From Choristocarpus tenellus KU-1152 (taxonomy: Eukaryota > Protista > Phaeophyceae), in assembly GCA_964200185.2 (NCBI GenBank), contig CAXNAD020000044.1, forward strand, positions 1 to 36,613: a stretch of DNA of 36,613 nt, read 5' to 3'. The position numbers and the translations under genes were made by a program. Below, one piece after another: positions 1 to 11,600 of the stretch (the stretch's first letter is position 1; each line of letters opens with the position of its first letter). The notes under the pieces are model-generated. The model made no database searches. It saw only the letters and a list, made by a program, of their open reading frames with translations, and had not been told where the DNA came from.

Positions 1-1160
1 CTTGTGGGGTGGGGTGGGTGGGGTGTGAGTTTTGGCTTGGAATATTGTCTGGTGAAAAGAGGTGGATTTGGGATGCAGTGGAATTATTCAGGCGGGTTAT
101 GAGCCCCCCAGGCGGGGGTCTTTGCCTGGTTAGGGTGATGTAGGTGCAATTGAAAAGCGTGGGGATGGGTAAGTGTGTTCCACAGTAGGGGCATGTGAGA
201 GGGTGGTTGGCATCTTCGCAGAGGCTGACCATACAGTTGAGGTGGAGCGAGCACCCACAGGGGAGGGTGGCTTGGTGGTCTGGGGGGAGAGGCTCTAGAC
301 AGCTAGGGCAGGGAGGGAAAGAAGGGGGAGGAGCTGGGGGGTGGGGGCTTGGGATGGAGAGTAGGCGGAATGGTGAGATGGCAAAAGGGGTGGAGGACGA
401 TTGTGAGCGGATGGATTCCAGCGCAGCTTCGGTTTCCACAATCCCCTCCTTGGCAGCGTAGTAGTGTTCTGGGCTGGCAAGGGTACGACAGGTGGGGCAT
501 GGGATGGGATGTAGGGGTGTTTGGCGCGGAGGTATAGGGTCGAGGCACAGCCCAGATCCAGTGAGTGTGTGCAGGAGAAAGGGAGTACTGGCTGTTGTAT
601 CTCGGAAAAACAGATCACACAGTGTTCCGGTGTAAGCCTATGTGGTTTTGGGGATGGGCGTGGGTTAGGGTCCCTGTTGGGGGAGGCTGGCCTTCGAAGC
701 CCCATAATATCTCTTATCACCTCCTCTCCTGCCTCCTCCTCCTTGTAGCCGCGTAGGGGCGGGTTCCACTCCCTGCTACCATCGTTGTGTGCCTCTACCA
801 CCTCTCTGGCCCCATCCCCCAGTGTGCTCATTCGGTTTTCCGTCCGGGCTTTGCCATCCTGCAGAGACGAAGCGTGTCTACCTATTCCCGAAGAGGAGTG
901 GTATGCTCTGCTTATGTTCCCCCCTTCCCCGTGCCTATCTCGTGAGCCGCCATTCCCATCCTCGATCACCTCCACCTCGTCCCCATATGGGCCCATTCCG
1001 TTCTCTGTCCATCCTTCTCCATTCTGCGAAATCGAGATCTGGGTATCTATTCCCGGAGCTGGGTTAAGTGCTCCACTTATATTTGTTCCTTGCCCCTGCC
1101 TGTCTTGTGTACCGTCTTCACCTTCCTCCATCACCTCCACAACCCCATCCCCTCCTCCGT
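1..1160 (-). pseudogene. Intronless tandem RING-finger ORF, 5'-truncated and frameshifted, runs off the window (possibly a TE-borne ORF)
   Basis: ORF 295..1140 gives CVIC...CTHSLDLGC. A 5-bp duplication (GGGAT x2 at 501-510) shifts the frame; removing one copy restores YIPCPTCR, and that frame stays open to base 1 through a second RING, CPSC...CGCSLHLNC...CPYC. In-frame stops lie just upstream of ~1160. Confidence 0.7.
770..1155 (-). repeat. Degenerate coding tandem repeat, period 165 bp / 55 aa, about 2.3 copies
   Basis: In ORF 295..1140, NIS recurs at aa 20 and 75, TEN at 45 and 100, GD at 53 and 108. Confidence 0.8.
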
Positions 1161-1940
1161 ATTATAGTTAACTTGGTGCGGGCAGTTTGACAAATCTACA
1201 ATGTGACAATTTGGGTTTTATTTGCCTTCAAATTAGCTCTCCCCCTTGTACTAGGTAATATGTTTTTTCTTGTTTCGTCCGTGAGACAACACCTCCAAAT
1301 GTTAGCGGGCACAACAACACAGCACGTGTGCGACAGATTATATCAGTCACAGCACAAGAATTGCAATCTCTAGGCATATCATACAGTTCAACCTGAAGAC
1401 TCCAAGTAGGTGGGCTAGACAAGGTTTGACTGACTCATGGAACTTTCCCTTGTTTCTAGATAACCGTAATATAGGTATAGTTTTGTAAAATGAATGTCAC
1501 CTTGGGTACTCCCTACTGTAGTATGTAGTACACTACAGACAACTCTTGGAGTATCAGAAGGATTTTTGTTAACAATACAATTCTATTGTGATTTTCTTGT
1601 ACTGTTCAACTTCTGTTTCATATTATTATGTCCATTACCATGACGAAGATAACATCTGTGTACTACCATTACTATATATACTCATACTAGTACATTCACA
1701 AAGTTCTAATAATTGCAAAACAGTGTACAATGAATTAAGGGGCAAAATAATATAAATCAATGGTACACAGATAAAAAAATAAGCAGCAGGATGAAACCGA
1801 ACACAAGACTCATCACATCCAACACAAACAGTAGTAGTGCAAAGAATCATACTCCTCCAGTATTCCGATTGATTCTCAATCAGACAGGGGGCAACCACAA
1901 GTGGCATCGTAACGTAGCGACGGCGAAATCGAGCCTGACG

Positions 1941-2656
1941 ATGAAAGACCACCCAGCTAACGTGTATGGAGCTGAGGATGACAACACAAACAGAGGAAAG
2001 GAAAGGAAAGCCCCGGTTGGGCGCTTTGCCACCTCCGAGGGGCACGAGCTTGCCCAAGGCCACGACCAGCAGAGACAAATTGAAATTTCCCATCGTCAGA
2101 TCCTGTCTGAGAGCTTGTTAGTATTGCATGCCAAGAGCACAGCAAGTCGCCAAGCCACCACAAATCTCCTGCTGCCACTAGTGGGACGGCTGGGTGTGGT
2201 CCGAGGACCGGAAGACATCGAGCGCGTGATCGACATTCTCAACGCACCATCCTCGAGCAAAAGGGGGGTCGATGCCGTTGTTCTTGACCTCGACCCTAAG
2301 GTCTGTCGTCCGCTATTACTGGAGGGAAGCTTATCATTCCCATTTCGAAGTACATTGCTGCATATCTCCACATGCAATACTGAGCATATGCCCCATCTCC
2401 TCCCGAACGGTCATACCAGGTGCACAAGCTTTTGTATTACCTTCGCACACGATCTATGGATCCAGTCCTTGGAAAGCTCCCAATCGTGGCAGTAGTTGTC
2501 GTTATCGATCCCAAAGACTCCAGACCAGAGTTGCTCGCCCAGGTTCTAGAGAGTGGTGTTGATGGAGTTCTTCGACGACCACTGGATGCAAAGGTTGTCA
2601 TTGCATGCCTGGGAAAGGTGCTTCGGAGACATGCTCGCATCGATTTGGTGTACAAG
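1941..2656 (+). CDS. Exons 1-2: CheY-like receiver domain (atypical)
   Basis: Spliced 2300^2420 (AAG|GT...CAG, phase 0): VDAVVLDLDPKVHKLLYYLR...LPIVAVVVV...LESGVDGVLRRPLDAKVVIACLGKVL follows the REC pattern DLVLLD...IPII...GADDYLxKP. Confidence 0.7.
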
Positions 2657-5600
2657 GTGTGCATTTTAGGGGGTTGATAGAGTTTGTGGTAGCACCAAAG
2701 GGTAGTGAGATCGTTTGTGCCACCGATTATCTGAATATCACCACTATCATCATTGTGCAAGGGCTAGGTGAGGAGTCCTGCACCTTCACGACGGAATAGG
2801 GTATCGGGGATAAGGGTAGCTGCGACAATTGGTGGTGTTCTCAAGACTCTCGTTCATAATCGAAGTAAAGGGTTGAATTTGCATCTCCTTTTCGGGTGGC
2901 ACACTGTTGGGCTTGTATATAAAACATATCACTCGTTCCCACCACCAATAGTCTGCTATAATGAGCCTCTTTCTAGTGCCTTTGTTTATCCCTCTTTCTC
3001 CTAGCCCTCATCTTGAAGGGGGCATCGAGTAGATAGATGGAACCCTAGTCACCTAAGATAGCCCACTCCACTTTCTATGTTGCATGGCAATTTATCTGGG
3101 TTGATGGTCCGTTCCCCTTCTACCTCGAATGATATATCAAAACTAAGCCCTAGAGAGAGTAGTACAATCTCAGCTGCTGAACAATAGTGGCGCTGGATCA
3201 GTCATTGTATATTTATATGCGCAGTGACTGACTAGTCTCCACAGTGGTAATGAACTATCACCCTTGGAGTGAAAGTATCTTAGAGGGTACGAGTTTTGCC
3301 CTGCTTGTCCATTTGGGACTTTGCTTCCCATGATTTTTATTATGATATTTTGCCTACTCCAAAATCTTTCGGAGTAGGTAGTATGTATATGCTATGAAAT
3401 GATGTGTCCGGAACAAGGATACTGACCCTTCCAAAAAAATATGACAGATGAAATTACATGGAAATCGCAACATTGGATTTTGGCCCGCAAATGGACGCGG
3501 CCCTACCCTCTAAGATACTTTGACTCCATGATGACACGCAAACATTTCTCAACAAAGTGCATGCCGTTCTGATACATTTTTTGTCTTATGGGTACATATA
3601 CTTTGAGTATGTGGCAAGCATAGCACAATTCAAAAATAGGAGAACATGACCTAGTGAATGCTTCCTCTTCCATTTTTTGACTCACTACAAGCCTGGATAC
3701 AACTTCAGTATGGATATATAACAGAGGTGTGTTGAGGTAATAGGGTTACATATTCTTCTGGCAATCTTCCCCCTCAAAATTTCATCAAATGTAGAGGGTA
3801 TCTCAGAATGCTCAGTTCATCTATTGGTACAAATGTTTCCCAATGGTCTTAGGGCACCTCATCATTACTCTGTTGTTGGTTTGCTGCACAAACCAACAGT
3901 CACCTGCAATTATCGCAGACCACCAACAGGGCAGGTATTTTACATGTCCCCGGGTCCTGTACTAATTTTTGCTAGAAATATTCTCCACAAGATAAGAGCT
4001 TTACATTTTGGGGGAAACTCCACCTAAATCTGCTGGAACTATTGTTACAACCAGGTCAACCTTGCCCTTGTAGATCTGTGAATATGGAAATGAAGGGTAT
4101 TACCACTCTCTCGTTCCTCTCTGCAGGATGTTATGGGAGAAGTTGAGAGTTTTAACTATCCCCGCTTCATCATGGATGCATTTCAATTCCTTGGTGTAAG
4201 CGATGGCAGCTCTACCTCCATAGACGGTGAAAGTATAGATCATGGGGCCCTTGGAGATGCTGTTCAAATGTACACTATGCAGACATGGTGAGTGCCAGGT
4301 TTCGTCTCTTATATGATCTAAGTTGACACTGGTGCCCCCCGTTCTGGCGTACTGTGTTCTTGTAAATTACATCAAAGTGTTTGTAACATAATGAAATATC
4401 GCTATTATGTGCACTGAACTTGATATTGGTAGCATTGACATACGCTGCTTAGGTAGACCCTTTTCAAACACTTGTATGCACCACCTCATGAGCACCACCT
4501 GGCATATATTGTCAGAAGTACAGGCCTCCTCCTCCAATGAGGGTAACTATATGCCTTACGCGTGTCAAGTCTTGAAGAAAAGGGGCAGGAATGGGTTGAG
4601 AATACCTCAACTGCATTGGTCCACCGGCCACCTGATGCCAGAGGGGGGGCAGCAAGGGATCAATACTGCTCAGTCGCTGGTTCTCAACAGCTTCTGGATC
4701 CGTCAGTGTCTAGTCTCCCCCTGAGCCAGGTTGATGATGGCGCAGGGTCCTCCAATAACAATTCGAATATGAGTGCCAATAAAGAGGGTGGGAATGTCTC
4801 CAGTGCCACCAATATTGCCAGCAGTGGCACCAGCGTTGGCACTTCAAGCTCTTCTGCCCAATTTATTCAAAGGGCCTCGAAGAAGGTGCATGTCTTGCGG
4901 CATGTGCAAGGGCATAGTGCAAAGATCACATCTGTCTCGCGGCGCCCTAGACTGTATGCTCAACTACCTCCCAGCAAGAGACCATGCACGGGGGGGGATA
5001 GTGAAGGGAGGGAAGGGGATGCTACACTGAGATGCAAGGAAAATGTGGAGGTTGAATGTAAGGATACTAGTATTAGACCAGAGGGGGGTTGCATTGAAGT
5101 AAGGGGAAAGAATGGAGGCAGTCAAGGCCTTGACTATCTTGGTGAGAAAGCCACAATGGAGGCAGGTGGGAAGGATACGATAGCAACGAACTCAGAGAGA
5201 GACACAAAAACCACACCAGTCCCTGTTGTAAATGTTCGCAGCATTTCCAGGGAGCTTTCCCCGTTTGTGAACAAGAAGCCTCCATCCCCACTCTCACCGC
5301 ATACATCTGCTGGACTGAGTCGATCTCAATTGTCCCGCACGATGAGCCTAGTGGAGAATACTTTTGCCTTCACAAGGGGTCAGATTGCAAAGCAGGGGTG
5401 GAAAAGCACCGACCTAAGGCATCATGCTGCAGAGAGGGTGTCAAACCATGCGCTGAGGGAGAGTGAGCACCCTGGTGCAGATTGTTACATCCGGGTGGTG
5501 ACATCCAGTAGGGATATTTCAAGCCAGAAGAAACTTTTCGTACGGGAAAAGAATGCTGGTCTTGTCGAAACGATCACCCAGAAACACAAAGACCCCACAG

Positions 5601-8600
5601 AAACTGCTACCACCAACAACCTCAGGGCAGCCTTGGGCTTCGGTGATCGATTTTCAAGACCTGATCGCAAGAAGAATGTCCAAATGCTTGTAAAAAAAGC
5701 GGTGGGCATATTCACGGAGAGTAGCAAGGTCCACCAAGCAAAAAAAGAGGGTGTTTCAGACGGAAAAATGTCCTTGAAGGATAGCAGGAGTTCAGCTCCC
5801 CCGTTCAATAGAAGAGTATTGTTTAGCAAAAGTGATGGGTTGGAAGAAGGTGACAGCAAGGCCCAATGCAGAACAAGGAGAAACAACAGCAAAAAGATCA
5901 GGAAGGAGGGCAATGTCCATGCCAAAACCGTACACAATAGGGGAAGGAAGGGACTGAGAGGAAATGAGTCAAGAGTTGATCCGCGCAGAACAATCAGTGA
6001 GAAAGGGAGGGACAAGAACATTTACAGAGTTGTCCTTTCTCAGTTAGCGAAAGAAAGGTTGAAAGAAGGCCTGAAGGAGATTGCCACCCACCCACCAGAC
6101 TTGTTGCGACAAAGCTACGTCAATCTTGAACCATTGAGGCAGGGAAGCACTGCAGCAGGGTGCCACTTGATGACCGGTTGGGAGCAGCAGCGAGCCGGAA
6201 ACTTGAGGAAGGTGAGCAGATTATCTCAAGAGTTGAAGGCATGAGACGAGATCAATGAACTGTAGCACGAGCTTGAGAAGAAATTGAGCTATTAGTGGTG
6301 AGCAGGCCTGAGAAACAGTGTTGGTATGAAATCAGTAGGATTAGCATGAGGTTACCAAGATGTGGTAGTGGATAAGAGGGAAAATGTGCTAAGACAGAAT
6401 GTAAAATATCCTCTCAGTAGCAACACCACAAGAGCCAGGTTATCTTATAGGGTAGAGCCGCGTCCACTTGGGGCCAAAATCCAATAATGCGATTTTGATG
6501 TATTTTTGGCTATCACGTTTGTTAGGAAGTGTCAATATCCTTGTTCCGGGCACACCATTTCGTAACATATATTTTACCTACTACTAAACATTTTGGAGTA
6601 GGAAAATGCTATAAAAACCCTTATGGGAAGCCAAGCCCAAACGGATCAACAGGGAAAAGCTCGTACCCACTAAGATACTTTCACTCTCAAGCCATTATCA
6701 CACATTTAATATTGCAAGTGGGTAGAGAAATATTAATAATAAAAATGGTAAAATAATAGTAATGGATCCCAGTCAGGAAATGTGCCAACATTCACCACCT
6801 TGAAATGCCTTAATTTTAGGGAATTTTTGAGTAAGAAATCTAAGTACAAAATACTCAGCACACATTAATACTGAACAGAGTAGTACACATACATATCAAT
6901 ATATACATTATGACACTAATGTACACCTGAAGGACATAAATTGAAGCAGGGTGCATGAAGCAAATAGAATTCCCCATAACCACAGTACGTATCAAGCTCT
7001 TCCAAAGAAAATGATAGCACGGAAGAAAACAAGTTTCCCCGTTATATATGGAGCTACCTCTGAACCTGCCTTACTCCAATAACTCGTTTTTGGCGCCATG
7101 CTGGCGATGGCTCTAGGACAGGCATTGCATCACTACAAGAAGGCGGTACAATTCGACCCAGAAAACTTGCTGGGACTTTCCTGCAGGGCAGTAGTGAGTG
7201 CACACCTTGGAGATTACTTTGATGCCATCAAGGTAAGTACTCCCTCAGCTGATTCAAACTATACACATGTTGTGGTTTAGTCTTGCATATGGGGCGATGA
7301 AAAGACCACAATTGGGGGTGGCTTCCCATGAGGAAATTGAATTCATGGGGGTGAGGTCACGCGTAGTTGGGGTTAGGGTTCGGTATTCTGCTGGTGGGAT
7401 TATTTTCCATAGATTCCCCTCTTCCCATACCTCATCCTCCCTCACCTGGTGAGAGCCTTTCTCACCATCTGAACACTGTTCAGTCAAGTATGACCCGTTT
7501 CACATGAACGTTTCATACTCCTTCAGGGGTTTACTGCGGCTATCCATATTTGTTCCTGTAAATCTACTGCGTCCAGGGGCAGCAGAGATTACCTTGGGCC
7601 CCTTCTCTTCAATCGGTCGATTGCTAGCACTGCCCTGGGTGACGATGAAGGTGCCTTGGAAGATCTAGATCTTGCTGTTTCAAGAGACGGTCGCAACATC
7701 ATGTGAGGGACTTGCACGTTCAAGGTAGTGAAAACGTGAGGTTTTAGAATTCTGGGAATTATTCACGCTACTCTACAGAGTAGTTATTGCATAGACTTAG
7801 AAAAATGTGTGTGAAATAATACTGTAGTACAAATTGCCGCTTCCACCTTGAACACCCCTGGAAAACATAACTCCAGTCTTATATGTTGCTCAAAACCTCT
7901 ATCAGGTACCGTTATAACCGGGCGTTGATCCTGAGGAGGTTGGGTGACTACCGACGCGCTCAGCACGACTATAGCAGAGTGCAGTTCCTCAAGGTGCAGT
8001 TTTGTTCACTATCAGGAAGATTAAATGATTATAACCCTTCTCATTGGAAAGTGCAACTTCTTCATTCTGACTCCACAGTTTTTACTACTTCAACACGCTC
8101 ATAATTTGTACACCGTCAAGCACTCATCAGAGTCATACAGGATTGTGATTGGTCAACCGCAACAATCCTTGGATCAGATCTTGACTGAAAGGGTGTTGTC
8201 TTCTCACTGAATGTAGTGATAATCACCGTATACTTGATCCCTTACCTCACCTTCTCAAGCTAACTGAATCCCACCAAATAACTCACCAAGGTGTCTGGTT
8301 GGCTAGTACTGTAGTACAATTCTCCCTGTTGTGTTGAAAATAAGCTCAGTCTTGTTCCTAACCTCTACCCGAGTGAAGAAACAGCAGATGGGACAGCAAA
8401 AGCAAGGCAAGCAGCTACACAATGGTTCTGGCAAGTCATCACTTCCATCTTCCAAAGGCACTATCCTTTCCCCATCTGCCCATCCCCGGTGCAGTGGCAG
8501 TCAACCAGATATTTCAGCCCCATCATCCTTCCCCAGATCTGCCTGGCCATGCTCCAATCAGGTTAAACAATACATGGGAGGGTGTGAAGGCTCGGCCGCA

Positions 8601-11600
8601 GCCAGTCCTCCCTCGAGGAAGGCTTTATCTGGTAGAGCAGATGCCATAAAGGGCACTCTGTTTGACATTGGTAGCATAAACAACCGTGAAATAGGTCATG
8701 TTGGGGGTGATGGCAATGTCGGAGAGGCAGTGGCAGGAGTACCTATTTGTTCTGAGATTCAGACAGGAACTGAAGAACAGTTGGTGGGCAGAAAACAAGC
8801 CAATGGTTGGACAAGGCTAGGAAAAGGAAGAGGTACACTGGTGCCCAAATCTACGACATTACTCATACAGATATCAACCCCACGCGGGGATGAGATTGTT
8901 TCACGTGAGACTATGCATATGACTCTATCTATCAAAAAGGGTGCAGAAGACGAAAGAGGTGAAGCTGGGCTGGGGTCAAGTTCAGAATTGAAAGTGGGAG
9001 AAGCGCTCCGAGATGCAGCAGGTTCGAGCAGTCTTGAATGTGGGCGTACAAAGCCCCTCCTCAAAGGAGAGAGAGATGAAAAGGACACAAATGGGTGTTT
9101 TCTGTTGAACAAGGATGGAAGTTCCCGAAGCATGAAAAGGAGTGCTCCAACTCCAGCTAATACTCTTGATGACTTCAAGGTGTGCCTTGTGTGTCTGTTA
9201 TGGTTTCTTGAATATATGTCAGCGGGTATGTTTGTACGTTGTTCAGGTGTGTTTGGTTTGGTGTTTGGATTCTAGCAAGTACTATGGTTCTAACTTGTGT
9301 TCACCCAGACCTAATTTTGCAGGGAGACACAACAATACAGGACATCACCCTGGTGATAGTGTCCTTCTGAAACACCTGTAAAGATTGTCAATCATTTATA
9401 CAGCTTGAAACACATTCCAACCCCAAATCGAAGTAGCAAGCACCAATCCCTCTCATCCCTTGTACCTGCCCTCAACAAGGCTACCGTGGGAATGCCACAC
9501 AAAGGAGATATTTTTCAGGAGCTCTTCTGCCGACCTTCACTTCATATTGAAGCCCTAACAACCCACCCCGGGAAAAGGACCTCAGTCCAGGTGTGTTACA
9601 TGATTACCTGTTTCCAATGGTATTGGCAGCCCAGGTCGATCATATTCTCAACAACAGCCCTTACACCAAGTGTTGTATTGAGTGTGTGTCTGTTTGGGGT
9701 TAAAAGTTCAATGTTGAGGTTTTAATGAATTTTGGCTATATCGTGCTTGTTAGGAAGTATCAATATCCTTACGTTGGACACACCTTTCATAGTAGTCCTC
9801 TGGAATGTTTCGGAGTAGGTAATCGTGTTCACACAGAAAACCGAAAAAGGGCATAAAAAACCCGTGGGAAGCCAAGCCCCAAACGGACAAACAGGACAAA
9901 ACTTCTACCCTCTTAAATGCTTTGGATCTCTTTATTGGGGTAGGGAGGGGAAGCACCCTTAAACGAGGACTGCTTTGCTGCCAGAAGGGTGGTTGAGATA
10001 TGGTACCAATTCTTGTGTAGTGCAGAATTGGCAATAGACTAGAAGTGAATTGAAGGACTCGTGCTTACCTGATAATTAGGTTGATGGTCGGTTTCAGTAT
10101 TTGAATATAGAGTTTGAACCAACTGGGCAAGGATAGGGTTCCATAGAGTGAAAGCATTTGAGAGGGTAAGAATTTTGCCTTGTTTGTCCATTCAGGGCTT
10201 GGCTTCCAACAGTTTTTTATGCCCTTTTCCGGCTCTGTGTGAACACAGTCACCTATAATGTATACGACTATGAAGGGTGTGTCTGGAGCAAGGATATTGA
10301 CACTTGCTAACAAACACAATGCTCAAAATCCATCAAAAGGCAATGCTGGATTTATGATCCCAAACGGACGCGGCCCTACCTCCTTAAATGCTTTGGCTGA
10401 TAGAGGGTTCGGTCGATGATGGATCTTGTAGTGATTTTAGGGTGTTTGTTGGTATCCAAAATATGATGTCTACCAGAGCTTTTTACCAGACCAGCAAATT
10501 AAGAAAACCCCCATCCACCGGCTGGATCGGTCCCACAATTGTTGAGCATGTCCCAGTCCATGTCCGCTAGGTATTGAACCGTTCCATGCCCATGTCCGGA
10601 CAGGTCCCACAATTATTTAACCTATCCTGGTTCATGTCCACAAGGAATTAGTCCATGTCCGCCGGCTGGACCAGATGAAATATTCTCTGACCTGTCCAGA
10701 CCATATCCACAGGGTATATTGTACCAGTCCATGTCTACCGTATGACCAGTCTAACATTTTCCCTTGAATGTCCGGACCATGGCCGCCATCATTTCAATTT
10801 TTTCTGGCATGTCCTGGTCATGTCCACTACATGTTATACAAGTTTAGATGTCAGACATTCACACACACTCAGATCACAAATCACCCCACACACCCAACGA
10901 TGTATTTTGTATTTAATTTTCAATCTTAGTATAAAAAATACAACATAGGATAATATGGAAGTACCACTACATATTATATATTAGTGCTTACAGTAGAAAT
11001 TTGAAATTTAGCATACAGTATCTAAGAAGAGCGGTAAAATAAAAAATAGGAGACATTACCATGACGTGGCCGGCCCTAGTGCAAAAAAGATATTATCTGA
11101 CACACCATAGATAAATATTCTAACATGGCCAAGTCGATGACCATCGCTTACTCAACATCACCCAAACCACTGGCTGGCCATACAGAACCAAGTTTGAACA
11201 TGACTGAGTCCATGGCCATTGACCGTTTCAACATGGTCGACCCACGGGCCGGTCAGTGGCCATATGACCGACAGTGGACATGCTAACTGCCTGGCATGAT
11301 GAATAGCCCTGATGTCCACAAGAGGGTATTTAGATTCAGGCAACTTAAAGAATGATCACACTTGGGTTGATTTACCCGACAAGATAATGCTGGGTACAAA
11401 TCTAATAATTTGATTCCAAGATTGAGCAGACTGTTGATCGTTCTGGCACCAAAATCAGCACAAATGTCAATATCGCTCTCAAATACTTGCTGCCAGAAAA
11501 TATCAATCCCATCCAAGCTCACCTGCACGCACAGATACTTTGAAGCATAGTAGTATGCCCACCTCACACCAGTACCGTAGATATCTACACAGTCAGCAAC

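Noticed and set aside
1791-2677. Bacterial response regulator from contamination or recent transfer
   Set aside because: The domain is split by a spliceosomal intron and continues in frame into the downstream exons.
4287-4545. Selenocysteine or read-through TGA formed by splicing 4287 to 4516
   Set aside because: Further in-frame stops at 4538 and 4544 follow; the acceptor at 4569 explains the frame without recoding.
5485-6021. Hydrophobic antisense ORF resembling a membrane protein (also 1635..2093, 8759..9178, 29428..29781)
   Set aside because: Antisense shadows of Lys/Glu/Arg-rich coding exons.
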